Part shown: piece by piece, positions 44,945-55,537 of the stretch
Position numbering within the stretch: position 1 is the stretch's first letter
Layout: each line of letters starts with the position of its first letter
Origin: an uncultured Methanobacteriaceae archaeon
GTDB lineage: Archaea > Methanobacteriota > Methanobacteria > Methanobacteriales > Methanobacteriaceae
Direction: 5' to 3'
Assembly (NCBI GenBank): GCA_963785285.1
Contig: CAWAUS010000002.1
Coordinates: 307,847-371,846 of the forward strand
DNA: 64,000 nt
The notes under the pieces: generated by a model
The model's database searches: none
What the model saw: only the letters and a program-made list of their open reading frames with translations
Told to the model about the DNA's origin: nothing
Made by a program: the position numbers and the translations under genes

Positions 44945-45346
44945 ATGTTAGATACAAAAATATTAATTGTTGAAAATGAGGCAATGATTGCGATGGATCT
45001 TCAAAATAGATTTAAGTTTTGGGGATATAAGGCTCCAATAACCGCATTTTCAAAAAAAGAAGCTTTAGAAAAGGTTCATTGCATAAAACCAGACTTAGTA
45101 CTAATAGATATTGAATTTGAAAATAAAATCAACGGAATAGGAATTGTCAAAGAGATAACTGATAATTATGATACGGCTATTTTATATCTTACACCATACT
45201 TCAATGAAGAACTCATGAAATATACTAGGACTAAAAAATTATATGGTTATATATCAAAACCCTTTGAAGAAAATCAATTGAAATTTAAAGTAGAAGAGAC
45301 CCTTAATACACGAAAGATATTTAAAAGTTTAATTGCAAGTAAATAG
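44945..45346 (+). CDS. single-domain response regulator (CheY-like receiver)
   Basis: 'KILIVENEAMIAMDLQNRF...DLVLIDIEF...YISKPF' receiver motifs. Confidence 0.8.
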   Translation: MLDTKILIVENEAMIAMDLQNRFKFWGYKAPITAFSKKEALEKVHCIKPDLVLIDIEFENKINGIGIVKEITDNYDTAILYLTPYFNEELMKYTRTKKLYGYISKPFEENQLKFKVEETLNTRKIFKSLIASK

Positions 45347-45446
45347 ATATTATTAAGATAAAATAACTCCTTTTTTTATTCTATTTTTATTTAATCTTGG
45401 AATTTTATTTCTTAAAGTAGTTTTAGAGTAATCAACCTTCAAAAAT

Positions 45447-46535
45447 CTATAATTTTGAAATGGATTTAATTTTAGTTAAAATTTTATCACTTAAATAATC
45501 CGAAGATATAAATTTATCATATACTGGAAGCCGTTCATCTAAAAATAAGCCCATTTCTTCTGTCATTCTTTTTAAATCATTTAATTCTGGCCATGGAGCT
45601 TCAGGATTAACATAATCTTTAGTAAGTGGAGAAACTCCACCCCAGTCATCAGCCCCTGCAAGTAAAAATATCTGTGCATTATGTTTGTTTAAATTTGGGG
45701 GAACTTGAACTCCAATTTCAGGAAACAGAAGCTTGGTTACAGCAACCATTTTAATCATTTCAATTAAAGAAGGTTCTTTGTAGGATTCCATTGGAATTCC
45801 TGGTTTTGGTTTAAAATTTTGAATAATAATCTCTTGAATATGTCCATATTTGTCATTCATACGCTTTATTTCAAGAAGTGATTCTGCACGTTCTTCTACA
45901 GTTTCTCCAATCCCTATAAGAAGTCCTGTTGTAAATGGTATTTTCAGTTTTCCAGCGTTTTCAATGGATTTAATCCGTAATTTAGGATCTTTTCCAGGGC
46001 TTTTTTCATGTACAATGGTTTTCATGAGTCTTTTACTGGTGGTTTCAAGCATTAATCCCATTGATGCGTTAACTTCTTTTAATAATTCCAGTTCTTTCTT
46101 TTTAAGTATTCCAGGATTACTATGGGGTAAAAGTCCAGTTTTTTTAAGGGTTTCATCGCAGATAAAATAGAGATATTCAACCATATTTTGGTATCCTAAT
46201 TCTTCAAGTGCCATTTTCACTTCTTCAGTTTCTTCGGGACGTTCTCCAAAGGTAAAAAGAGCTTCTTTACATCTGTATTTATCTGCTTCATACAAAATAT
46301 TGAATATTTCATCTCTATTCATTAATATTCTTGCATTTTCATTTTCAGGAGTTTTTTTGAAAGTGCAGTATCCACATTCGTTCCTACAAATATCTGTAAG
46401 GGGTAAAAAAACGTTCTTTGAGTATGTAATCTTGTCTGTATCTCTTTTAGATTCTGCAGTAGATATTAAAGATATTATATCTTTGCCTTTTGCGTTTAAA
46501 AGTGATACTATGTCATTTTTTGAATATTCGCCCAT
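45447..46535 (-). CDS. cofG: radical-SAM FO (7,8-didemethyl-8-hydroxy-5-deazariboflavin) synthase subunit, CofG-like
   Basis: 'NVFLPLTDICRNECGYCTFKK' CxxxCxxC motif. 362 aa, typical of CofG/CofH. The CofG-versus-CofH call is tentative. Confidence 0.6.
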   Translation of the reverse strand: MGEYSKNDIVSLLNAKGKDIISLISTAESKRDTDKITYSKNVFLPLTDICRNECGYCTFKKTPENENARILMNRDEIFNILYEADKYRCKEALFTFGERPEETEEVKMALEELGYQNMVEYLYFICDETLKKTGLLPHSNPGILKKKELELLKEVNASMGLMLETTSKRLMKTIVHEKSPGKDPKLRIKSIENAGKLKIPFTTGLLIGIGETVEERAESLLEIKRMNDKYGHIQEIIIQNFKPKPGIPMESYKEPSLIEMIKMVAVTKLLFPEIGVQVPPNLNKHNAQIFLLAGADDWGGVSPLTKDYVNPEAPWPELNDLKRMTEEMGLFLDERLPVYDKFISSDYLSDKILTKIKSISKL

Positions 46536-46586
46536 GATAAATATCTTCCGTTTATTTGAATTTGAAATAAAAGAATAATTAAATAA

Positions 46587-47030
46587 TTATCTTATTCCAA
46601 GGTTTGCAACAACAACTTCAACAAAACGTGGCCCTATTTCACTTTTATCCATCCATGAAACAACAAAAAGCCCTAAATCATCCAAAACTCCAAGAGTATA
46701 CTCTACATTACAACCCATGGACTCAAGAGAGTCTTTCATCAGATGAATTCCTGAAACATCAGTTTCACTTTGAATAGGGACATTTGCCCGTATTCTTTCA
46801 TCCATTATTCCTATAATGTTTCCACCGTTCTTTGAAAACATATCAATTTCAGTAGCTCCAATGGTTTTTAAAAAATTTGAAAGTACAATGTCCATTTTTG
46901 AAGCATCAAATTTTTTCTTGGACATCCCTCTTACAATGAGAATGTTATTAGCATCTAAAGAAGGTCTGGATCCATGAAAAGCTTCTAAACCTTCCATTAC
47001 CTTACCTGCAATTTTATGTGTTGGCATCAC
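46587..47030 (-). CDS. hypothetical protein between mptA and cofG
   Basis: 147-aa soluble ORF. No recognisable motif. Confidence 0.45.
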   Translation of the reverse strand: MMPTHKIAGKVMEGLEAFHGSRPSLDANNILIVRGMSKKKFDASKMDIVLSNFLKTIGATEIDMFSKNGGNIIGIMDERIRANVPIQSETDVSGIHLMKDSLESMGCNVEYTLGVLDDLGLFVVSWMDKSEIGPRFVEVVVANLGIR

Positions 47031-47057
47031 TGAATATCCTCTCCTATCTAAAATAAA

Positions 47058-48027
47058 TTAACCATTATTTATATCTTCCATGGCTTCTATTTCGTATTTA
47101 AGCTCACCTAAAGTGGCTACTTTTTCTGCAAAGGCATTATGTCTATGTATACTTTCTTCATTTACCTGTCTTACAGTTACGAGTGTATCATCTGGGAAGT
47201 GTGAAAATTCATTTACAATTTTTTGCACCATGTTTCTAACACAATCTTCAACAAACATTGGATTTTCATGGGCATGAACGACAATAGCATTTTCATCAGG
47301 CCTTTTTAGAAGTTCACATACTGGAGAACTCATTGATTCTTCTATTATTTTTATAAGTTGTTCTACACGTATCACTTCTTGATGTGGAACTTCTATCATG
47401 ATCATCCCACGGCCTCGTCTGGTTGTGGGATGCAAGTGATACAGAATCTAAGACTTTTTCAGTTGTTTCTGCATCTAAAAATTCAAGAAGCTTTTCTTTT
47501 GATGTTTCTCGTATAGATTCTTGTGCGCAAGGACATGCAGTCATTCCTATAACTTCTGCACCTATCATTTTTCTTATTACTATTTCATCGCCATCTTTAA
47601 AAGCTGTGGCATCAGCCATAATGTTGGTCATCTCTTGAGTTTTTAAATTAGTGACTGGTGATCTTTTAACTATCATAAGGTCACTTTTCATACTTACTTC
47701 GGCTCGCTTGGCATATTTATGCTTTTTAAGTAGAGTATTTACTATTTCTGCGCAAAGTGATTCTATTTCAACGGCTGTACCGCACACTACTTCTTCAAGT
47801 ACGTCACTTATTGCTTCTGGATTTCTTGACATGTGGATTCCTCTCTGTTTACTTGGAAGATCCACAAATGCATCAAATGTTGGTAAAAGTATGATGGGTC
47901 TTTTTCCTTCTCTTTCAATTTTTAGAAGCTTTTTGACTCCACTGACTCCTACTCTTGTAAGATGCACTGGAATAGTTGGTATTTTATCTTGTGTGTCTGG
48001 AAAACATTTGATAGACAAATTTTTCAC
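47058..48027 (-). pseudogene. mptA: GTP cyclohydrolase MptA (FolE2/GCYH-IB family), frameshift near 47400-47440
   Basis: The N-terminal ORF (47314..48027) carries 'IPTIPVHLTRVGVSGVKKLL...PSKQRGIHMSRNPEA'. The C-terminal ORF (47058..47435) carries '...HAHENPMFVEDCVRN...HRHNAFAEK'. The tail of the first ORF, 'QTRPWDDHDRSSTSR', is out-of-frame sequence. Confidence 0.75.
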
Positions 48028-48291
48028 CCCGATTAGATAATCTATGGCATTTATAATTTAAATATTTAAAAATAAATCATAATTATGATTAAATATTTAA
48101 TCAAATTCCTTTTTTTATTAATTTTAAATTACTTATTAATTTTAATAACGGTTAACTGATTTATAAATGTAATTAAAAAACTATTAAATATTTATTTTAA
48201 TTATTATTAAGGCAAAACAAAGATAATTGTAGGAGGAATACGATAAAAAAAGCTTTAAAAGAGTTTGTATAATTATCTTTTAATTAAAAAA

Positions 48292-48972
48292 TTAGGAGTT
48301 AGATATTATATTTTTAAACTCTTCTGGGTTTAAATCCTTTAAATTGTCTAAAATTACTACATTAGCATTATAAATTTCTTTAGCCCGTTTTCCAAGAATT
48401 TCACCAGCTTTATCGGCTTCAACAATTACTAAAATCTTATCTAAATTAAAACTATCCATTTTTCTTGTTATATCATTTTTAACATGCTCTATTTTCTTTG
48501 AAATTCCACCAAGTGCTGCATCTGGGATTTTAGGGTTTAAAATCTTCATATCACGGGCTTCAAGGGGCACTCCAGCAACAACGATCTTTTGAGCATCTAC
48601 TCCAAACTTTGAAAACATTTTTTTAAAGTTATTCTTGCTTGTTAAAATTAAAATACCTTCAGATAACTTTTTAATCTCTTCTTCAACACTTTCCTTTTCA
48701 ATAACGCCAAAATCAGCTAATATAAGGTCTAATTTACTTCTTACACTTAAAATTTTATCGCAGAATAGTTTTGCATCATCATCATTGAGTTTATGGGAAG
48801 GTCTGCTTGAATAAATAAATTCTTCAGCATCAATCAATTCATTTATTATTTCTCCAAAAATATCTGCATTGATTTTTCCCTCTTTTGGAGTTTTGAGCTT
48901 TTCTTGAGAAGTTTTAGATTTTCCTGCTTCTTCAATTAATTGTTGAGCTTGATGAAGTCTTAATTTTTCCAT
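48292..48972 (-). CDS. Toprim-domain protein with N-terminal coiled coil
   Basis: C-terminal 'KILVIVEADKAGEILGKRAKEIYNANVVILDNL' Toprim-like acidic motif. Confidence 0.5.
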   Translation of the reverse strand: MEKLRLHQAQQLIEEAGKSKTSQEKLKTPKEGKINADIFGEIINELIDAEEFIYSSRPSHKLNDDDAKLFCDKILSVRSKLDLILADFGVIEKESVEEEIKKLSEGILILTSKNNFKKMFSKFGVDAQKIVVAGVPLEARDMKILNPKIPDAALGGISKKIEHVKNDITRKMDSFNLDKILVIVEADKAGEILGKRAKEIYNANVVILDNLKDLNPEEFKNIISNS

Positions 48973-48989
48973 AAATATCACCACTTAAA

Positions 48990-50009
48990 TTAAAATTCAT
49001 AAAATGGAGAAAATATATCTTTTATTCTATTAAATGTGTCTTTTGTATTCTCTGAAACATTCAGTTCATATTTATAATAATCAACATTGTTTATATTATT
49101 TAGTGCATTTATCATTTTAACATTGCACCTTGAAAGGACATTTAAATTATACCCTCCTTCTAAAATTAAAGCTATTGAACTAGCAATGTTTACCATTTTA
49201 TTTGTTATATATTCATAAAATTCATCTGTAAGCCTTAAACTTGAAAGAGGGTCATCTACATGTCCATCAAACCCAACATCCATAAAATAAAAATCTGCAT
49301 TAAATTCAGAAGCTACAGGCTCTAGAACATTATCCAATATGTAAATATAATCATCTGTGGTTGATCCTGGAGCCATTGGGATATTTAAATTGTATCCTTC
49401 ACCTTTTCCTGCACCAGTTTCTTCAACAAACCCTGTTCCAGGAAATAATGTCCTTGGATTTTGGTGAATGGAAATATAAAGGACATCAGGATCATTATAG
49501 AATATTTGGGAGGTTCCATTACCAAAATGAACATCAAAATCAAATATCAGGAATTTTTTAATTTTGTATGTATTCCTTAAATATTCTAAAGCTATGGCTA
49601 GGTTATTAAAAATACAAAATCCCATGGATTTATCGCGTGTTGCATGATGACCAGGAGGACGTGCAATAGAATAAGCACTCTCATCATTTTTTAAAACGAA
49701 ATCTGCAGCTTTAATTGCTCCACCTGCAGCAAGTTTTGCTATTTGATAACTTTCAGGTGCTGCAAAAGTATCATAGTCTATATATCCTCCTCCACCTTCG
49801 CAGAAGTTTTTAATATATTCAACGTGGCTTTTAGAGTGAACTCTTAAAATATCATCCTTTGTTGCGGGTTCTGGAGAGATTACATCAATTTTATCCCAGA
49901 TACCTTCATTTTTTAGAGAATTAACTATTGCATTCAATCTTTCTTGGTTTTCCGGGTGACTGCCAGTATTATGTTTTTTATATTCATCTGAATAGACCAG
50001 TACAGTCAT
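48990..50009 (-). CDS. histone-deacetylase-family protein (acetoin utilisation / acetylpolyamine amidohydrolase-like)
   Basis: 'GFCIFNNLAIALEYL...IFDFDVHFGNGTSQIF...ISIHQ' HDAC motifs. An upstream ATG at 50057 is an alternative start. Confidence 0.8.
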   Translation of the reverse strand: MTVLVYSDEYKKHNTGSHPENQERLNAIVNSLKNEGIWDKIDVISPEPATKDDILRVHSKSHVEYIKNFCEGGGGYIDYDTFAAPESYQIAKLAAGGAIKAADFVLKNDESAYSIARPPGHHATRDKSMGFCIFNNLAIALEYLRNTYKIKKFLIFDFDVHFGNGTSQIFYNDPDVLYISIHQNPRTLFPGTGFVEETGAGKGEGYNLNIPMAPGSTTDDYIYILDNVLEPVASEFNADFYFMDVGFDGHVDDPLSSLRLTDEFYEYITNKMVNIASSIALILEGGYNLNVLSRCNVKMINALNNINNVDYYKYELNVSENTKDTFNRIKDIFSPFYEF

Positions 50010-50069
50010 AAAAGCACCTTTATCATTATATAATTTTTTTAAATTTCTATAATTCAAGCGGTAGAATCA

Positions 50070-50381
50070 TTATACTCTCAATACTTTTTTATTATACACT
50101 AAACGATCTTTCGTTTTTTTATTAAGAGAACAGTAAAAAGAGTTTTTTAAGTTAAATTTTTCATATACAGGGCAATCTTGAGGACATAGGCATTTCCTTT
50201 CATGGATAGGGCAACTACTACTATCTGTCATGCAATAAAGAAGTTCTTTACTTTGCCTTGTACAGGTATTATATGTGGGGCATGTGTGACAGATACAATC
50301 CTTCCTTAAATCCGTAATTATATTTTTTCTTTCATTATCGTTCATTTCAGTTAATTTATCCTTTAATTCAGTATAATCCAT
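50070..50381 (-). CDS. small cysteine-rich protein (13 Cys in 103 aa)
   Basis: 'DCICHTCPTYNTCTRQSKELLYCMTDSSSCPIHERKCLCPQDCPVYEK'. Lies 13 nt downstream of the HDAC-like gene. Confidence 0.5.
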   Translation of the reverse strand: MDYTELKDKLTEMNDNERKNIITDLRKDCICHTCPTYNTCTRQSKELLYCMTDSSSCPIHERKCLCPQDCPVYEKFNLKNSFYCSLNKKTKDRLVYNKKVLRV

Positions 50382-50535
50382 AGTTGATAGACTCCTTAAT
50401 TTAAGCCGTAGAAATATATTATTAAATTATACTGCAAATTTAATAAAACTTTGCAAAATGCCTATTAAAAATAAAATAAATAAAAAAGTTAGTTTTATTG
50501 TTCAAATAATACAAAAGAAGTCTTGGAGAATCAAC

Positions 50536-51006
50536 ATGAAATCAAAATATTTTGAAGTATTAAAGGGCCATAATTATGGAGATTTAATTGTTGAAACAAA
50601 ATACTGGTTCATCTTACTTGCACCTGACCAAAAGAATCTGGGAACATGCGTAGTGGCTTTAAATAGGTATGAAGGAGATTTAGCAGAATTAAATATTGAA
50701 GAATGGCAGGAATTCAGCAAAATTGTTAAAAGTTTACAGAAAGCGCTTAAAAAAGCATTTAGTACTACAATGTTTAATTGGGGCTGCTTAATGAACTCAT
50801 CATACCTTAAAAATCCTCCAAATCCTCATGTGCACTGGCATTTTATCCCTCGTTATAAACAAAAAGTTGAATTTGAAGGATTAACTTTTGAAGACCCGTG
50901 CTTTGGATTCAGTACTATGAAATCAAAACAAGGTCTTCGTGAAATCCCTGAAAATGTTCGGATGAAAATAATTGATAAAATAAAGGATAATCTTGAAATA
51001 AAATGA
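50536..51006 (+). CDS. HIT-family (histidine triad) protein
   Basis: 'PHVHWHFIPR' HxHxHxx motif. RBS GGAGAA upstream of the ATG at 50536. Confidence 0.75.
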   Translation: MKSKYFEVLKGHNYGDLIVETKYWFILLAPDQKNLGTCVVALNRYEGDLAELNIEEWQEFSKIVKSLQKALKKAFSTTMFNWGCLMNSSYLKNPPNPHVHWHFIPRYKQKVEFEGLTFEDPCFGFSTMKSKQGLREIPENVRMKIIDKIKDNLEIK

Positions 51007-51014
51007 AAAATCAG

Positions 51015-52409
51015 TTAATTTTCAGTAGATGCTGTCTTATCTTTACCCATTAAAAGCAATGCAAATATTGCCACAAAGCAAACTATAGTATAAACAATAA
51101 AGGCAATATTCAAGCTCTTTAAAAACACATTGTAATATTGGGGCATTATTTGAACATTTCCAAGATATACAGCAAAAATTAGAATTATAACTCCCATACT
51201 TAGAACCTGTCCTGTAAATACCATTGTTGAAACTGTTGCTGAGGCAGTTCCATAGATTTTTTTGCTAACGGAATTCATTGCTGCATTTGTAGCGGGAGAT
51301 GAAAAAAGAGCTAATCCTGTTCCAACAAGAATTAATCCTAAAATTATGAAACTTAATGGAGTGTTTTCATTTAAAAAAGTAAATGAAAAGAGGCCAATTG
51401 TTGTAATTGCCATTCCAATAGAAGCAATTATGCGAGTTTCAATTTTATCGGATATTCTACCTGCAAAAGGGGATAAAACTGCCACAGAAAGAGGATTTAA
51501 AACTAATATGATTCCTGCAGCTTCAGGGCTTAATAATTTAAGATATTGAAGGTAAAAACTCAATAAAAAAGTCATTGCAGTTGTTCCTAAATTGATTATT
51601 AAAATAGAAAACACTGAAATTGTAAATACGCTGTTTTTAAAAATAGAAATCTTTAAAAGAGGGTATTTTAATCTATTTTCATATTTTAAAAAAACTATGG
51701 TCCCTAAAATTCCTCCGAATATTAAATATTTACCTAAATTTCCATCTGCAAGCGTTGAAAATCCCTGTATCAACGAAATTATTATAAAAAAGAAGAGTAG
51801 GGAACCAAAAAAATCAAATTTTTCTCCTTTAGATCCTGCCCAATCTGCTTTAAGTTCCAATAAAATAATTGATATTAATAAAATACCAAAAGGAATGTTA
51901 AAAACAAAAATACTTCTCCATCCAAACTGTTGAATTAAAAAGCCGCCTAATATCAACCCGCTGAAAATTCCTGTATAAACTGAAGCTACATAAATCCCAT
52001 AAGCTCTTCCTCGTTCTCGTGGATCAAAAACTGATGAAATAAGAGCTACTCCTGTTCCAAAAATCATTGAACAACCAATACCTTGTAAAAAACTAAATAT
52101 GAGAAGTAAAATCCCTGAAGGAGAAATTGCAGCAAGAAATGAAGCAAATGTATATGTTACAACTCCATACAAAAAGATCTTTTTTCGTCCATGTATATCG
52201 GCTAATCTTCCAAAAGGAAGTATTAGTGCAGCATTAGCTAAAATAAAAGCTGTTGGAATCCAGCTTAATAAAATGGCGTTTAATGTAAATTCATGACCAA
52301 TTGAAGGAAGTGCAATATTAAGAGATGTTCCCATAAATGGTATAAGAAAAGATCCAAGCACTACTGTAATTAAAACAGTATTTTTAATATGGTTATCCAT
52401 TTTATTCAC
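51015..52409 (-). CDS. MFS transporter (14-TM DHA2-like)
   Basis: 464 aa with MFS motif 'GRLADIHGRKK' after TM2. Confidence 0.85.
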   Translation of the reverse strand: MNKMDNHIKNTVLITVVLGSFLIPFMGTSLNIALPSIGHEFTLNAILLSWIPTAFILANAALILPFGRLADIHGRKKIFLYGVVTYTFASFLAAISPSGILLLIFSFLQGIGCSMIFGTGVALISSVFDPRERGRAYGIYVASVYTGIFSGLILGGFLIQQFGWRSIFVFNIPFGILLISIILLELKADWAGSKGEKFDFFGSLLFFFIIISLIQGFSTLADGNLGKYLIFGGILGTIVFLKYENRLKYPLLKISIFKNSVFTISVFSILIINLGTTAMTFLLSFYLQYLKLLSPEAAGIILVLNPLSVAVLSPFAGRISDKIETRIIASIGMAITTIGLFSFTFLNENTPLSFIILGLILVGTGLALFSSPATNAAMNSVSKKIYGTASATVSTMVFTGQVLSMGVIILIFAVYLGNVQIMPQYYNVFLKSLNIAFIVYTIVCFVAIFALLLMGKDKTASTEN

Positions 52410-52428
52410 CTAGCATTGATATATAAAT

Positions 52429-53346
52429 TTATACAATGAGGTAAATAAAGTAGCAGTTGATTATAGCTAAAAACATAATTAAAGAGGAAAGATTTCGGTT
52501 TACAAGAGTAGTTGCAGTGATTCTATCTTCAGATCTTTTTATAAAACTGAATATTGCAAAAGAGAGTGGGAGTATTGAAAGAAATGCAATAACATTAAAA
52601 TTTAATGATGCAGGATATAAATTAGTGAAAGAAAGAATAAGGAAAGATAATGTGGCTAATGATCCCGCAACTGCTATTGTTTTAAATCCGAATATACGCC
52701 CTTTTCTTACGATCCAGGTGATTTTACCTCCTAATTTGTCTCCTTCCATATCTGGAATTTGAACAGAATTAATGAATAATAGCTGGTAAAGCAGCAGAGG
52801 TATGGAGAAAATAACAAAAGGCATATTTATTGTTCCCATTAATGTTAAATAGCCCATAGCAGGCATCAGGAAACCTATAGAAATTGTTGCAATCTCTCCA
52901 AGTCCATTATATGACAATTTAATGGGAGGGGCTGCATAGAAAAATGCTAAAAAGTTACCAAATACAACAAATAAGAAGAACAATGGAGAATAAGAGAATA
53001 TAAAAGTAAATACTGCAGCAAAGATTAAAGATAAACTTAGAAGTGTAATTGAAAACCATTTTGCAAAATTTTTTAATTCAGGGTTTTCAACAAGAATTCC
53101 ACTTCCGCCTGCAAATTGGCTTGGTTTACCGTATTTATCCGATTCTAAATCAAAATAATCATTGCTGTATTGCATGGATAGATGTGCCATAAAGAAAATA
53201 GCGTAACCAAGTATAAACTTATTTAAAGCAAATTCTGCGTTTAATAAAACAGCAAAAAATGCTCCAAGGCAAAAATATAAAAATCCGCCGAAAATAAACT
53301 GAAAACGCCCAAGTTTAAGGATTTTAATTAGTTTATCTGTATCCAT
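52429..53346 (-). CDS. UbiA-family prenyltransferase
   Basis: 'NDYFDLESDK' Asp-rich motif in a 9-TM protein. Confidence 0.75.
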   Translation of the reverse strand: MDTDKLIKILKLGRFQFIFGGFLYFCLGAFFAVLLNAEFALNKFILGYAIFFMAHLSMQYSNDYFDLESDKYGKPSQFAGGSGILVENPELKNFAKWFSITLLSLSLIFAAVFTFIFSYSPLFFLFVVFGNFLAFFYAAPPIKLSYNGLGEIATISIGFLMPAMGYLTLMGTINMPFVIFSIPLLLYQLLFINSVQIPDMEGDKLGGKITWIVRKGRIFGFKTIAVAGSLATLSFLILSFTNLYPASLNFNVIAFLSILPLSFAIFSFIKRSEDRITATTLVNRNLSSLIMFLAIINCYFIYLIV

Positions 53347-53637
53347 ATAATCCCTTTTTAACTTTAATAATTTTTTTAATTAATTATACATATATTTTCT
53401 TTACTTAGTATTACCTTTTACGGTTTATATTAAATATAGAAAGTAATTTAAAATGAATTTTAACAAGAATAATTACTTTTTTGCAATTTAAGAACATTTT
53501 TGAAGGTTTTTTATAATGGACAACATGCATTAAACAAATGATTAAATCAATTTTTAATTTAAGTGAATTATTTTAATAAATTATATATATTTCGTATTAC
53601 ATAATGATAATAGAATTAGTTTTAGGAGGTAATTAGA

Positions 53638-54069
53638 ATGGCTGAAGAAATGATGAGAGATACGATTAAGACCACTGTTGATGAGCTTTTAAGAGTATTA
53701 GCTACTGATAACGTGATTGGAGAAACAATAGAAATAGATGATAAAGTAATAGTACCTATAACAAAAATAGGGTTAGCATTTGGAACTGGTGCCGGTAGTG
53801 GAGGCATGATGCGTGGACAAGAAGGAAAAGGACAAGGGGCTGGTGGAGGTGCAGCAATGGAAACTAAAGCCGTAGTTGTCGTCCATAAGGGAATGAAAGG
53901 GCCAGAAAGTGTTGAAGTAATTACCATAGGCGCTGCAGCAACTTTATCACACGTAATGGCACAAATGGCACCAATGGCTAAAAAAATGATGCGAAAAAAA
54001 GAAAAAATGGGTGGAGAAGGTTCTGAAGGAATGACACCTACAGGTCCGGGTTCAGAATCCAAAATGTAA
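53638..54069 (+). CDS. Spore_YtfJ/GerW-family protein
   Basis: 'NVIGETIEIDDKVIVPITKIGLAFGTGAGSGG...GAGGGAAMETKAVVVV' matches the YtfJ core. RBS GGAGGT. Confidence 0.65.
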   Translation: MAEEMMRDTIKTTVDELLRVLATDNVIGETIEIDDKVIVPITKIGLAFGTGAGSGGMMRGQEGKGQGAGGGAAMETKAVVVVHKGMKGPESVEVITIGAAATLSHVMAQMAPMAKKMMRKKEKMGGEGSEGMTPTGPGSESKM

Positions 54070-54089
54070 TATCTAAGAGTTGATCTCAA

Positions 54090-54689
54090 GTGGCATATAT
54101 CACTGGGATCGCCATAATCCTTATTATTTTATTGATTATTATAATAGGGATTCTGGTAATTCCTTTTCAAATTTCTATGCAATTATACAGGGAAGGTAGT
54201 ATAAATCAGGGATATATCAAAATAAAATGGATAGGCATCAGAATTATCAATCGGAAAATAGATATAGGTCCCTCAAAAAAGCAAGGAAAGCAAAAAAAGA
54301 AAGACGAAGCCAATAAATTTGATTTTAATCGTATTCCTAAAATAATCAGGCTTTTTGAAGAATCTTTACCTTATCTTATGCATATATTTAATGCATTTTT
54401 GAAATCTATTACTATAAAAAGAATTTCGCTTGATTCTATAATTGGTTTTGATAGTTTTGTAGATACTGTAAAGATAAGTGGTTATTTATGGGCAATTGCA
54501 CCAATGATAAATTTGCTTCCAAATACTCATTTTTCAGTGGAACCTGATTTTCATAAAGAACGTATAGATGGATCATTCCTATTTAAGCTAAAAATTAAGC
54601 TTCTTCCAGTTGCTTCAGCATTTTTAAAAGCTTTAACTAAAAAACCTTTTAGATCTCTTTTAGGTGAGCTTAGAAAGGTGAGGTCATAA
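54090..54689 (+). CDS. DUF2953-like (YtfI-like) membrane protein
   Basis: N-terminal TM helix, then 'QISMQLYREGSINQGYIKIKWIGIRI'. Translationally coupled on both sides. Confidence 0.5.
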   Translation: MAYITGIAIILIILLIIIIGILVIPFQISMQLYREGSINQGYIKIKWIGIRIINRKIDIGPSKKQGKQKKKDEANKFDFNRIPKIIRLFEESLPYLMHIFNAFLKSITIKRISLDSIIGFDSFVDTVKISGYLWAIAPMINLLPNTHFSVEPDFHKERIDGSFLFKLKIKLLPVASAFLKALTKKPFRSLLGELRKVRS

Positions 54690-55024
54690 TGTTTAAAATT
54701 AATTTTTCAAAAGGGCAGGAATTCTATGAAAAAATCATGGGAAAAAATACAGAAACTACAAATGATATGCTTAAAAAGATTTATGAAAGCAACTTAAAGC
54801 CAAATAAAGAAACTGTTATTGGAAAACCAATTCAAGTCGATAATAAGACCATTTATCCCATAATTGATATAATAACTATGGGAAATAAAATGCAAAGATA
54901 TGTAGGGGCTGAAATCTCTCCTATTGCAATTTTAGTTGAAGAATCAGACAATAAATATGTATTTTCACTTACAAGTAAAGAAATAAATCCAGAAAAAATT
55001 TTAGAAATGGTATCTCAAAGATAG
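54689..55024 (+). CDS. second Spore_YtfJ/GerW-like protein
   Basis: 'ETVIGKPIQVDNKTIYPIIDI...GAEISPIAILVEE'. The start overlaps the previous stop (TAATG). Confidence 0.55.
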   Translation: MFKINFSKGQEFYEKIMGKNTETTNDMLKKIYESNLKPNKETVIGKPIQVDNKTIYPIIDIITMGNKMQRYVGAEISPIAILVEESDNKYVFSLTSKEINPEKILEMVSQR

Positions 55025-55033
55025 AACTTGAAT

Positions 55034-55537
55034 TTAATCATTTACATCCTTTAAAATTTCAGTAGAGCCCATATCTTCTTTTACTATATTTAAAACTGTT
55101 TGAGTATAAGTTCTCTGTACATCCCCTTCTTTTAATAGTTCCTTTACAAATGCGTCCAGTTCTGTTGTGTCTTTAAATTTTGCCAGTAATATTGCATCAA
55201 ATTCACCTGTAACATCATAAATCCCAATAACGTTTTTGTGGTAGGCGGTTTTATTTTCCCAGTTACTTAAAACTCCTCCTTTAACCCTAACACCAATTAC
55301 AGTGGTTAGTTTGTAGCCAAGTTTAGAATGGTCTATCTGGGGAACAAACTTCTTAATAACGCCTGATTTCATGAATTTATCTACTCTGTTGTGCACAGTA
55401 CCTACAGATATATTTAATTCACGGGCTATTTTCCGATATGACATTCTTCCATCTTCATTTAATAAATTAAGGATTTTTGAATCAGTTTCATCTATTTTCA
55501 CAGGTTCTTGGTCATTCATTTTTAAGCACCAATTCAT
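55034..55537 (-). CDS. Lrp/AsnC-family transcriptional regulator
   Basis: 'LNEDGRMSYRKIARELNISVGTVHNRVDKFMKSGVIKKF' HTH plus a C-terminal RAM domain. Confidence 0.85.
   Translation of the reverse strand: MNWCLKMNDQEPVKIDETDSKILNLLNEDGRMSYRKIARELNISVGTVHNRVDKFMKSGVIKKFVPQIDHSKLGYKLTTVIGVRVKGGVLSNWENKTAYHKNVIGIYDVTGEFDAILLAKFKDTTELDAFVKELLKEGDVQRTYTQTVLNIVKEDMGSTEILKDVND

Noticed and set aside
47314-47440. C-terminal 35 aa of the 237-aa ORF (…QTRPWDDHDRSSTSRSDTCRTTYKNNRRINEFSSM)
   Set aside because: Nonsense read-through after a frameshift. The genuine MptA C-terminus is in the overlapping 47058..47435 frame.
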